A DNA stretch of 64,000 bases from a virus, in the IMG/VR virus record IMGVR_UViG_3300043444_000221, positions 1 through 64,000 of that record, one strand, 5' to 3'. The notes under the pieces were generated by a model. The model was not told where the DNA came from, did no database searches, and worked only from the letters and a program-made list of their open reading frames with translations. The position numbers and the translations under genes are program-made. Positions 53,062 to 61,562 of the stretch are shown piece after piece (position 1 is the stretch's first letter; each line of letters starts with the position of its first letter).

Positions 53062-53667
53062 ATGATACAACCAGAAAATAATGGCAAAATCGGCTTAGCT
53101 GGTATTGCTATTGTCGTTATGTTGGCAGTTGCTTCAAGTGCAAACGCTAACGCTGATACCGTTTCCCCCCGTCCAGGAGCTAACGCAATCTCTACGAGAG
53201 AAGAGGCTGTGAAGTTCATGAACGTTTCGGTATCACCTACGCCAAGCCCGTTAGAACAGGCTACGCAAGTAGCAAAAACCGTTTCTAAAACTAAGTATGA
53301 CACTAATGACATGCTTACGGCAAAGGAGCTCAAGGCTGTGCTATACAGTGTTGGCTTCCGTGGCAACAATCTAAAAGAAGCATGGGCAATTGCGATGCGT
53401 GAGTCAAATGGAAGACCTATGGCTCATAATCGTAATTCCAGCACAGGAGACAATTCATATGGAATCTTCCAGATTAATATGATTGGCTCACTTGGTCCAG
53501 ATAGATTAGAGAAGTTTAACCTAAAGTCTAACTCTGATTTGTTTGACCCAGTAACTAGTGCAGAGATTGCATTCTTTATGTCTAATGGAGGCCAAGACTG
53601 GTCTGCATGGCATGGGATTACCTCAAGAGCTAAAGAGTTCATGAAAGATTTCCCTAGTGATTCATAA
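53062..53667 (+). CDS. Secreted lytic transglycosylase (lysozyme-like)
   Basis: Signal peptide; AIAMRES, SYGIFQIN, WSAW. Confidence 0.85.
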   Translation: MIQPENNGKIGLAGIAIVVMLAVASSANANADTVSPRPGANAISTREEAVKFMNVSVSPTPSPLEQATQVAKTVSKTKYDTNDMLTAKELKAVLYSVGFRGNNLKEAWAIAMRESNGRPMAHNRNSSTGDNSYGIFQINMIGSLGPDRLEKFNLKSNSDLFDPVTSAEIAFFMSNGGQDWSAWHGITSRAKEFMKDFPSDS

Positions 53668-54073
53668 TCTAATAATAGGTATTTCGCCTCATCCAGAAAA
53701 ATTTTGGATCAACCTTGAAACTCAGAATCTTCTGGGTGGGGCGAAGTTCCTTGGAGACGTTAACCAAACTATAGAAATAAAGTTTGAGAATTTATTAAGA
53801 AACCCTTTTGACTATGATGACCCTGAAACAGTTTTACATGTTAAAACATTAAGGTATGTTGTTGACTCTAGATTGCCAGAAATGGTGAACATAGATGATA
53901 TTGATAAGTTAGTTATTCATAGGGTTTGTGATCCATCTACATTTGAAATGCCATATGAAAAATATTGGCTATATTTTCCAGCAACAAATGCATTGGCAAC
54001 TGAGCGTCATCTGCCAGCAGACAAAAAGATTTTTGAAACTAGTCCAATATTCTTAGCTATTGTATTTAAATAG
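53657..54073 (+). CDS. Hypothetical protein
   Basis: Coupled ORF. Confidence 0.6.
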   Translation: MIHNLIIGISPHPEKFWINLETQNLLGGAKFLGDVNQTIEIKFENLLRNPFDYDDPETVLHVKTLRYVVDSRLPEMVNIDDIDKLVIHRVCDPSTFEMPYEKYWLYFPATNALATERHLPADKKIFETSPIFLAIVFK

Positions 54074-54509
54074 TTGCCCATTTAATAATGTTACACTGTC
54101 CATGAGATGGACGTACATTTTCAATTGTGTCAAGTCCACCTTTAGACAATGGGAATACATGGTCAATATGTAAAGACTTTTCCCATCCTGGCTTTCCACA
54201 CTGTCTGGGAGCATCAAGATCAATTGGACCAAGACAAATGTGACATCTAGCACCATACATCTGTACAACCTCAATGTCAGAGTATAGCCCAACATCACCC
54301 TTGTACCGTCTACCACGTCTATTTCCACCTGGTGTACGCTGTCTCCAGGCTCTTCTAAGGACATTTATCTCTTGATTGCGTTCTACACGCATAAGTTTCC
54401 AGTGGGCTCTCATAGCCTCTCTACAGGGCTCACAAGGCTCTTCTCGTAGCTTTCTGGTGTGTTTATTGTAGCCACTCATAGTGCCACAGTTGGGTAGTTG
54501 AGATGTCAT
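54066..54509 (-). CDS. HNH endonuclease with an N-terminal zinc module
   Basis: CGT..GY..H...C..C; CHIC, IDHVFPLSKGG...N....H..CN. Confidence 0.88.
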   Translation of the reverse strand: MTSQLPNCGTMSGYNKHTRKLREEPCEPCREAMRAHWKLMRVERNQEINVLRRAWRQRTPGGNRRGRRYKGDVGLYSDIEVVQMYGARCHICLGPIDLDAPRQCGKPGWEKSLHIDHVFPLSKGGLDTIENVRPSHGQCNIIKWATI

Positions 54510-54510
54510 A

Positions 54511-54726
54511 TTATTTTGGTGTACATACATTGCAGGAATCGCTTGAGCAATCCTGACAACTGTCCATAATCTTTCTAATTGTATTTGGGTTACGATAATC
54601 AAAATTAAATGTGATGCAGGCCACATATTCTCCACGCATGCCAAGAAGCCAAGCGACTGCGTTTAGCACTTTAGCTTTCCACTCTGGCATATTTAAAACT
54701 GTCATTGATGTTGGAGTTTTATCCAT
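54511..54726 (-). CDS. Hypothetical protein with a Cys-rich C-terminus
   Basis: Coupled ORF. Confidence 0.55.
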   Translation of the reverse strand: MDKTPTSMTVLNMPEWKAKVLNAVAWLLGMRGEYVACITFNFDYRNPNTIRKIMDSCQDCSSDSCNVCTPK

Positions 54727-55558
54727 TTAGATTAACCTTCTTTATATTTTCTACGTCAAGCATGTGTCCAAAGATAGAGCCATAGTGCATATGCCACAGC
54801 TTTTCCCATTGCGTACCGTGCTGCCATTCAGTTCCGTTGCCATGCCATGGTTTGTGTGGCCCAACAAAGTGAACAATCATTGGCTCAGGATTGTTGTGTG
54901 CAAAATGTTCCATGCTGGCCATCCACCAATAAAAACTGTTGAATGAAAATGGTAGTGGTGACCACACATCAATGAATGCATGGTTCATGGCATCCTGTTC
55001 GGGGCACATGGTAGGACCATTCTCTCTCACAAACTCTAACATTTTTTCTTCTGCATTGGAGTCTCGCCAATAGTTAAGATCAGCAATGAATACCCCATTG
55101 TTGAAGTATGGCCTATCTCTATCATTAAAACTTATGACATTCATAGAGTTATATTCAACCATAGCCATAAGCTTATTTCTCATTGGAAAATCTAGCAACT
55201 TATTAATATCACGACATACAACAACATCTGAGTCAATATAAATTGCCTTATCGTAATCACTCAAAACTGATCCAAGAAATATTCTGTGGTTGCAGTGGCT
55301 AGTGACGTGGTTAAATGGATGAGCATGACCGCTGTCAAGCATCTCTAAAAATTTGGGGGAACACCTAAACTCTATATCTAGATTAGGAGTGTTAAGCTTA
55401 TTAATATACTCTTGCTCTTCATTAAGAATATCTGGAGAAACAAGACATATAACCTTTAGTCTTTCTGGTCTTGAGTAATTGTATGATAAAGACTTTAGTG
55501 CTACCTGAGATGGCATAATGTAGTTCTTGTCAAATGAGGTCACGATGGCAGTCTTCAT
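54719..55558 (-). CDS. GT8-family glycosyltransferase
   Basis: FDKNY, IYIDSD, YFNNGV, EQDAMN, HFVG..KPW; leaderless start. Confidence 0.92.
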   Translation of the reverse strand: MKTAIVTSFDKNYIMPSQVALKSLSYNYSRPERLKVICLVSPDILNEEQEYINKLNTPNLDIEFRCSPKFLEMLDSGHAHPFNHVTSHCNHRIFLGSVLSDYDKAIYIDSDVVVCRDINKLLDFPMRNKLMAMVEYNSMNVISFNDRDRPYFNNGVFIADLNYWRDSNAEEKMLEFVRENGPTMCPEQDAMNHAFIDVWSPLPFSFNSFYWWMASMEHFAHNNPEPMIVHFVGPHKPWHGNGTEWQHGTQWEKLWHMHYGSIFGHMLDVENIKKVNLNG

Positions 55559-55610
55559 GTATCTATTATCGCACATAATTTATTTGTTGTCAAGGTGATA
55601 TAATAGTATA

Positions 55611-55775
55611 ATGGATCTTCACGAGGAAATTGGCAAGGTACTGTTCAGGATAGGACAGGATGTAAAGATACATAGAATGCCAGATGGACACCTAATAGTA
55701 GACATAGACTATGAAGATTACATTGAGGAAATCGTATGTCTTTTTGATGATTTTCTAGATACGATTTCGGAATGA
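55611..55775 (+). CDS. Small acidic hypothetical protein (54 aa, not in ORF track)
   Basis: Leaderless TATAAT-N6-ATG start. Confidence 0.6.
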   Translation: MDLHEEIGKVLFRIGQDVKIHRMPDGHLIVDIDYEDYIEEIVCLFDDFLDTISE

Positions 55776-55781
55776 GTATAC

Positions 55782-56060
55782 TTGAATAGATTATCTGATA
55801 TAGCAAGACCCTATATCAATCAGTTTAAAAGGTCACCACTTTGGGTAAAAATCATAGCATTTATTTGTCTGATGTGGCTAACAATGCCAATTGATCCATG
55901 GGATATCTTATTCCCCTGGCTGGCGTTTCATGATGATTTGTTTGTTGCTACAATACTCCTAAAGCTTTTACATAAATATGGTGGTTTACCAGACGAAGAC
56001 CAGACTACCCCAAAAGATATAATAAATAAGTTAGTTAAGAAAAAGCATAAGCACAAGTGA
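55782..56060 (+). CDS. YkvA/DUF1232-like membrane protein
   Basis: PID....P.....DD. Confidence 0.7.
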   Translation: MNRLSDIARPYINQFKRSPLWVKIIAFICLMWLTMPIDPWDILFPWLAFHDDLFVATILLKLLHKYGGLPDEDQTTPKDIINKLVKKKHKHK

Positions 56061-56082
56061 TAGAATTGTTTATGGAGGTATT

Positions 56083-56913
56083 ATGAAGATTAGCTGGATG
56101 CAAAGATTTGGTTGGGAGAACAACACCAAGGGTCTGATGGAAATGGCAAAGACACTTGATGACGCTGGAGTGTACTCAGTTTTACTACCATATGGATCTA
56201 CTAGCCCAGATTACTTTGCTTGGCTACCAGACCTAATTCATAGCACATCAAACCTAAAGTTTATGATGGCATTAAGACCATATACCTTTAGTCCAGAATA
56301 CGCCTCAAGAGTATTTAGAACAGCGTACGAAGTATATCGTGACAGAGTTACATTTAACGTAGTTGCAGGGGCACTGTCTCCAGAAGAACAAGAGTATAGT
56401 CTGAAGTATTATGCTGGAGACCCTGAAGACATTAACACTATAGATAAGAGAATTGCATTTACAGACAAGTGGACAGAACTGTTTTGTAGAATATTTGATG
56501 AGCAATTTGGTCCTATTAAGCCAGAGATGTACACAATAGCAAACTCCCCAATTACCCTAGAGCTTGCAAACAAGTACATGGACTGTGCAATTTACCACCA
56601 CCACAGACTTGAGCACAACATGGAGCATGGCAGAAAGGGCCTCAGACACGTTATTGTGATTGATCCACTTATAACTAATGACGATGGCACATGCGACGTT
56701 GAGTACCTATGGCAGCCAACCTCCCTGGAAAAAGCAAACAATAATAAGCTTACTAGAGATCAGATTCATCCAATCAACGGTACGTACGAGGAAGTGAAGC
56801 AGCAGCTTATAAACATGTCTCTCCAGCATGGGATTACAGAGTTTTTGGTGCACACTGACCAGAAAGATATAAGTAAGATTCTTCGTTTAGTTAAAGAACT
56901 ATCTACGCTGTAA
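56083..56913 (+). CDS. Luciferase-like (LLM) flavin monooxygenase fold protein, divergent
   Basis: G..SVLLP, LKFMMALRP...SP, R...NVVAG. Confidence 0.7.
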   Translation: MKISWMQRFGWENNTKGLMEMAKTLDDAGVYSVLLPYGSTSPDYFAWLPDLIHSTSNLKFMMALRPYTFSPEYASRVFRTAYEVYRDRVTFNVVAGALSPEEQEYSLKYYAGDPEDINTIDKRIAFTDKWTELFCRIFDEQFGPIKPEMYTIANSPITLELANKYMDCAIYHHHRLEHNMEHGRKGLRHVIVIDPLITNDDGTCDVEYLWQPTSLEKANNNKLTRDQIHPINGTYEEVKQQLINMSLQHGITEFLVHTDQKDISKILRLVKELSTL

Positions 56914-56987
56914 AGCTCGGCGGTAAATAAGAAGACAGTCCAAGCCAAAGGCTTGACAAATTCTCCCATCCGTGACATAATAGATAC

Positions 56988-57245
56988 ATGTTAGAAGATG
57001 ATCCTATTATTACCCTAGAGCATACCTCTAAGTTCTTTAGAGTAATGCATGCTGCAGATAAGTGTGCAGGAGAATACTGTACTATCCATAATCGTTCTGA
57101 CCACAAGATGAGAAGTTATCCACAATCATGGCGTGGTGATAGGAGAATTATGGAAAGGATTTGTCCACATGGTGTTGGACATCCTGACCCTGATGAAATT
57201 AACCAAGACAAAACACACGGATGCGATGGATGTTGCTATGAATGA
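56988..57245 (+). CDS. Small Cys/His-rich phage protein
   Basis: C.IH..S.H, ERICPHGVGHPDPD, HGCDGCC; leaderless start. Confidence 0.75.
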   Translation: MLEDDPIITLEHTSKFFRVMHAADKCAGEYCTIHNRSDHKMRSYPQSWRGDRRIMERICPHGVGHPDPDEINQDKTHGCDGCCYE

Positions 57246-57642
57246 TATTGAAAAACTACAAGAGATTAGCCGTTTGCTAGACGAAGCCTATAAGCACTAC
57301 TTCTCCTATGAGGGACACTGTAAGTCCTCTGAAGGCTGGATTAGCGTAAACTATGGTAACTACTGGGATCGCTCTGACAATCCATCTGAGCTGCCAATTA
57401 AGGGTGTAGAAATCTATTCCTATGTCTTCTGTGAACAAGGTCGCAGTCAGGATTTTGATAGCCTAGATGAGGCACTAGAGACTGTACGTGATTGGCATGC
57501 TAAAGAGATGGCATATGACTACAATGCACCTGAAGAGGTAGCAGCACGTGAAGAAATGGACCAATTTGCTGCTGAATGGTTGCAGGAAATGCAGGCTAGT
57601 GGTAAACTAGAGATACACATAATTGGAAGCGAAGATGATTAA
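57238..57642 (+). CDS. Hypothetical acidic protein
   Basis: Coupled ORF. Confidence 0.7.
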   Translation: MNDIEKLQEISRLLDEAYKHYFSYEGHCKSSEGWISVNYGNYWDRSDNPSELPIKGVEIYSYVFCEQGRSQDFDSLDEALETVRDWHAKEMAYDYNAPEEVAAREEMDQFAAEWLQEMQASGKLEIHIIGSEDD

Positions 57643-57931
57643 GTATAGACACTATGGACCAAACAGATTTGAGTCTAGCAAATACTATGGATTCTGCATT
57701 GATGTACATCCAAAGTACAAGGGCATAGATATTTATTTTGGTAGGCATGTATTTGTGTTTTGGAGAGGGTATAAGAGGTAATGGATAAAGCAGAACTAAT
57801 TCTACAGCACCTAGAGCGTAATCTAGGTATTGATCTTAAGAAGAGTAGCAATATGCCACAAGAGTGGTGTTTCCAATTTGCTAGAAAATACACGCAGTAC
57901 CTTCGTAATGCGTTTGACGTAAAGGAATAAT

Positions 57932-58156
57932 ATGGATATCAATAGCCTAGCTAACATGAGGTTGGAAGACTTCAGCAAAATCGGGGAACAGGAATACAAT
58001 AAGGGATTCAGAGCAGCCCTAGAGACAGTAATTAAAATCCTAGACAAGAAGCCTTGTGATGACTTTCAAGCTGACAACGTATGTGAGCATGGTGAGTGTG
58101 CCTATGCTGCAGAACTAGCTGAAGGGCTAATGGGTGTCAAGAATAACATTCAGTAA
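57932..58156 (+). CDS. Hypothetical protein
   Basis: AAGGA RBS. Confidence 0.65.
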   Translation: MDINSLANMRLEDFSKIGEQEYNKGFRAALETVIKILDKKPCDDFQADNVCEHGECAYAAELAEGLMGVKNNIQ

Positions 58157-58373
58157 GTCATGGATTGGCTCATGGCACATTAATCTATTTGATAAGATAG
58201 AGCTAATTATCGGAGTCAAAGATGGCTGGGGTATTGGATTCGATTTCAGTTGGTATGACAGAGCAATAACCTTTGACCTAATTAAGATTTATATTATTAT
58301 TGAGAAGCATTGGCCTCTATTTGATTCGTCTGATTTGGCGGTAGATGGATCTCAGTCCAAGGATGAAGAATAA
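58134..58373 (+). CDS. Hypothetical protein
   Basis: Overlapping ORF. Confidence 0.5.
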   Translation: MSRITFSKSWIGSWHINLFDKIELIIGVKDGWGIGFDFSWYDRAITFDLIKIYIIIEKHWPLFDSSDLAVDGSQSKDEE

Positions 58374-58395
58374 TCCATATAGTAGAATAAGCTCC

Positions 58396-58518
58396 ATTAA
58401 GAAGAAGCTTCCATGTTGAGGTGGCATCTGCATACATCAACATAGCCAAAGGTATCGTCTTCAACCTCTGCTATATCCCAGAACGCTGCTGGCTTGTCAC
58501 AGTACACACATTTATCCA
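58396..58518 (-). CDS. Small zinc-binding peptide (40 aa, not in ORF track)
   Basis: MDKCVYC...VCRCH; TATACT-N6-ATG. Confidence 0.55.
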
Positions 58519-58553
58519 TAGGTACAGTATAGCACATGACGTATAATGGTAAT

Positions 58554-58883
58554 ATGGACCAAACAATCTTGTATGTTTTATATCACAAGGAATTCCATGC
58601 TATCAAAATTGGGATAGCTGGAATAGGTAATACACGCTACAAGGCTCTCAAGACCAAGGGATGGAAGGTAGTAGCCTATTGGCCATTTTCCGAACGGGAT
58701 AAAGCAAGACACGTAGAATCCCTAGTACTAACTACACTAAGAATAAAACATGGTCATTATCTAACTAAAGAACAAATGCCCTATGGTGGATACACTGAGA
58801 CATTTGATGCTGATAAGGTAAGTAAGACTAGGTTGATCCGATTGGTCAACAAAGCCATAAAGCTAGCAAATAAGAGATCGTAA
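58554..58883 (+). CDS. GIY-YIG/T5orf172-like nuclease
   Basis: LYVL...IKIGI...R...E...GYTETF. Confidence 0.7.
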   Translation: MDQTILYVLYHKEFHAIKIGIAGIGNTRYKALKTKGWKVVAYWPFSERDKARHVESLVLTTLRIKHGHYLTKEQMPYGGYTETFDADKVSKTRLIRLVNKAIKLANKRS

Positions 58884-58894
58884 TACCCCCAAAT

Positions 58895-58970
58895 TTGTTA
58901 GGTTTAGATACCCCATTTTGTTAGGTTTTATCTTGAGTTGTTAGGTTTGATATCTCAATTTGTTAAGTTT
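58895..58970 (+). repeat. Four direct repeats TTGTTA(G/A)GTTT
   Basis: Starts at 58895, 58918, 58938, 58960. Confidence 0.85.
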
Positions 58971-59044
58971 ATACACATAGTTATCCACAGAGTTATACAC
59001 AATTTGATGTCTGATTTTGATAGTTATCCACAGGTTTATCCACA
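58969..59044 (+). promoter_or_regulatory. Five DnaA boxes (TTATNCACA)
   Basis: TTATACACA at 58969 and 58993; TTATCCACA at 58981, 59024 and 59036. Confidence 0.85.
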
Positions 59045-59283
59045 AGTAGATGTTACTGTCTTATTTCTCATATAGGGTTAGAGTGGATGGAAGTGGAGAG
59101 ATATGGAGAATGGTACGCCTTTAATCGTAGGCCATCGTAATCCTACCACAAATTAGCCCTTTTGTCAAATCGGACATATCCAAATTGTTACCAAATTGTG
59201 ACATTTATCATAGTTATCAAATTGTTACATTTGACAAATTGGGATATGTGTGCTATAAGGGCATAAAAAAATATGTCCAAATT

Positions 59284-59704
59284 TGGGAAAAATTTATTGT
59301 TATCGTAATGTTATTTTATTAAACATTATCCCAATTTGGACAAACTTCAAGAAACAGAATGTGTTTTATATACTGTAGTTATTGTATATAGTACTAGGGG
59401 ATTTGGGTATCTTTCGTAATACCCTGGCCCTTGGCCTGGTCCCCTTCGGGGAACGGTAGCACGGTAAATGAGAAGATCTTCTGAAGCCCAGTATACTTAG
59501 TAAAGGCATGCCATACAAATAGAGACATTTCATTGTGATCATCTCTCTGCTGTTGAGCAGCTTTAGGATATGACACTTGGAAGAAATGGTTTCTAGGACT
59601 CATAATATTATTATACACCAATTTGACAATTTGACAATGATCTGCTATGATCTGGGAAAATTTTTGATCCTTCGTAATCTGGGAATTTTTTAGGTCCTTC
59701 GTAA
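59284..59704. repeat. TGGGAA-N14-CGTAA motif (3 copies here, 2 more at 63131 and 63198)
   Basis: Same spacing at 59284, 59653 and 59680. Confidence 0.8.
59394..59603 (-). CDS. Hypothetical protein
   Basis: Leaderless TGTATAAT-N6-ATG start (MSPRNHF). Confidence 0.55.
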   Translation of the reverse strand: MSPRNHFFQVSYPKAAQQQRDDHNEMSLFVWHAFTKYTGLQKIFSFTVLPFPEGDQAKGQGITKDTQIP

Positions 59705-59736
59705 AGGAGCTATTTGGATCGACGGCGAATTTGGGT

Positions 59737-59760
59737 AAAAGAAAAGCCCCCGTAGGGGCT
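59737..59760 (-). terminator. Intrinsic terminator of the leftward operon
   Basis: AGCCCC-TACG-GGGGCT followed by TTTCTTTT on the minus strand. Confidence 0.8.
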
Positions 59761-59764
59761 AATC

Positions 59765-59887
59765 TCAAATAGGACAATCAGAATAGGGGAAGTATTCCTT
59801 TTCCTCGCAGGTGCAGAATCCAAACTCTTCTACCTGTGTAACGTGTGTCAAGTCTGCCAAATCAGACCAGTAATATACTTTATCCAT
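59765..59887 (-). CDS. Small acidic peptide (40 aa, not in ORF track)
   Basis: MDKVYYWSDLA...CTCE...DCPI; coupled to the upstream gene. Confidence 0.55.
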   Translation of the reverse strand: MDKVYYWSDLADLTHVTQVEEFGFCTCEEKEYFPYSDCPI

Positions 59888-60051
59888 TATGCTCCTACCT
59901 TCCATTCCATAGTATCAAATATGGTATCCATTGTCAAGTGCAAATTGCAGTCACATTCTCCACCATTCATATTCTCCATGAATTCAAAATGAGATAAATT
60001 GTCTTCATATATCTTGGTTACTAGTTCATCTACTGTATATGGTGTGCTCAT
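59887..60051 (-). CDS. Small hypothetical protein
   Basis: MSTPYTVDEL...CDC..H. Confidence 0.6.
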   Translation of the reverse strand: MSTPYTVDELVTKIYEDNLSHFEFMENMNGGECDCNLHLTMDTIFDTMEWKVGA

Positions 60052-60257
60052 GAATTTGCCATTACCCATTCTTCATCTACCTCGTCGTCATAGCAGCCAC
60101 AGCATTCAACACAGATAATCTCATTATCCTTGCTGCAGTTTGGACACAGATATTGGTCCATTGTCATCTCAGGGTTTTCACAGAACTCACAGATGGTTGC
60201 TGCAAGTTGTTCAATAGTATAATCTCTAATGTGGTCTGCCTTGAACATATGTTCCAT
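60048..60257 (-). CDS. Small Cys-rich acidic protein
   Basis: Three CxxC pairs. Confidence 0.6.
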   Translation of the reverse strand: MEHMFKADHIRDYTIEQLAATICEFCENPEMTMDQYLCPNCSKDNEIICVECCGCYDDEVDEEWVMANS

Positions 60258-60572
60258 ACTCCTTGTCTGCCGTCCATTTTGCAATCTCTTCTGAATCCAT
60301 ATCAGCGATATCAATCATTAGATTATTAGTGAACATCCAGTCCCTTACCCATTCGTATAGGTGTTCAGTTCCATACTCTAGGGTAAAGGCAGGGGTATCA
60401 GTATTGAGAGCATCCCATACGATATCCTGTGTACGAATATATAGTTCTTCATCTTGGTAGAACTGGTCAATGATGTCCCACACCCATAGCCACACAAGGC
60501 TAGGGAAATGGGTCTCATTTAGTTTAGTTAGTTTATCTAGAATCTCGTCTAGTTCTTGTCTTGGGGTTGTCA
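60226..60572 (-). CDS. Hypothetical acidic protein
   Basis: ORF in the leftward operon. Confidence 0.65.
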
Positions 60573-60586
60573 TAGTATCCATTCTA

Positions 60587-60859
60587 CTACTTGTCAAGGA
60601 TTTCGTCAAGTGTTGTAAAGCCTGTGTCTTGTACCTCTACCCCAGCCAGCAGCAAATCAAATGTCTCATTGATGAATGCCTTTGCCTGGTCTGACTTAGC
60701 CTCCACTACCCCACTATCAATTAGATAGGCAAGTGGTAGTCCAAGATCGTTATAGACAATAAAGTCTTCAAAGATCTCATCGTCACGATAGTTCAACCAA
60801 ATGTCAGCAAGTATGCTGCACTTATCTTGAAACTCTGTAGTTGATTGTGGTGAATCCAT
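60587..60859 (-). CDS. Hypothetical acidic protein
   Basis: YNDLGLPLAY. Confidence 0.75.
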   Translation of the reverse strand: MDSPQSTTEFQDKCSILADIWLNYRDDEIFEDFIVYNDLGLPLAYLIDSGVVEAKSDQAKAFINETFDLLLAGVEVQDTGFTTLDEILDK

Positions 60860-61037
60860 TGTTATCTCTTTCCTCTTGAGCAGACTCTGTCATTATCTCT
60901 AATCTGTGAAATGTGGTGCTAGGTCTCATTCGTGCTAGATAAATACCAACACGCTCAATGTCTAGTCTTAGGTCACAAATCATATTAGAAATCTTGACAG
61001 CGACTTTTTCTTCTTCTGTCATTCCTCTATGTATCAT
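60822..61037 (-). CDS. Hypothetical protein
   Basis: TEEEK.A...DLRLD...VG.YL; GAGG RBS. Confidence 0.65.
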   Translation of the reverse strand: MIHRGMTEEEKVAVKISNMICDLRLDIERVGIYLARMRPSTTFHRLEIMTESAQEERDNNGFTTINYRVSR

Positions 61038-61175
61038 TGTCACCTCACTCGTTCATTATAGCAAAAATATGGGGAGAGGGCAAGTAGTGAAAGTAGGAAA
61101 TGTCTACTCACCCCCTCCCTGGTGGTACAGCCGTCAACCCCTTAACAGCTGTACTATCCTAGGAGCTAAGCTCAA

Positions 61176-61562
61176 CTAGGAAGCTTTGTCATACCAGACC
61201 ATGGGCTCTCCAGATGGATTAAGCTCACGTACATCTACAAGACTGTTTAGCCAATCAAGAATAGATTGTGGGCATGCCTTAGACTCTTCTAGGAATGCAT
61301 CTACACCTGTCCAGAAATCAGTCCCATACTCATCTATAGGGAAGTCAGGAGCAATGGCCCTAGTCTCTGCTAGCGTAAGCTTTCTGATATCACCTTCATA
61401 TGTACGTGAACCAAGATGGTCATTAATATAAAGATATACCTGCATGGTTAGTAGCTCGTCCCAAGTGGTACCCAGCTCTTCATCCCATTGCTCTGCATAG
61501 AAGATGTTAAGGTCATAGGCCTTGGTCTCTTCGTAGGTAAACTTACTTGACGATGTCTGCAT
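61176..61562 (-). CDS. Hypothetical acidic protein
   Basis: ORF in the leftward operon. Confidence 0.7.
   Translation of the reverse strand: MQTSSSKFTYEETKAYDLNIFYAEQWDEELGTTWDELLTMQVYLYINDHLGSRTYEGDIRKLTLAETRAIAPDFPIDEYGTDFWTGVDAFLEESKACPQSILDWLNSLVDVRELNPSGEPMVWYDKAS

Noticed and set aside
58895-58970. Repeats as a mini CRISPR array
   Set aside because: 11-bp repeats with 9-12-bp spacers are far too short
59604-59777. N-terminal extension of ORF 59394-59777
   Set aside because: It runs through a terminator and repeat motifs; the leaderless start at 59603 fits better
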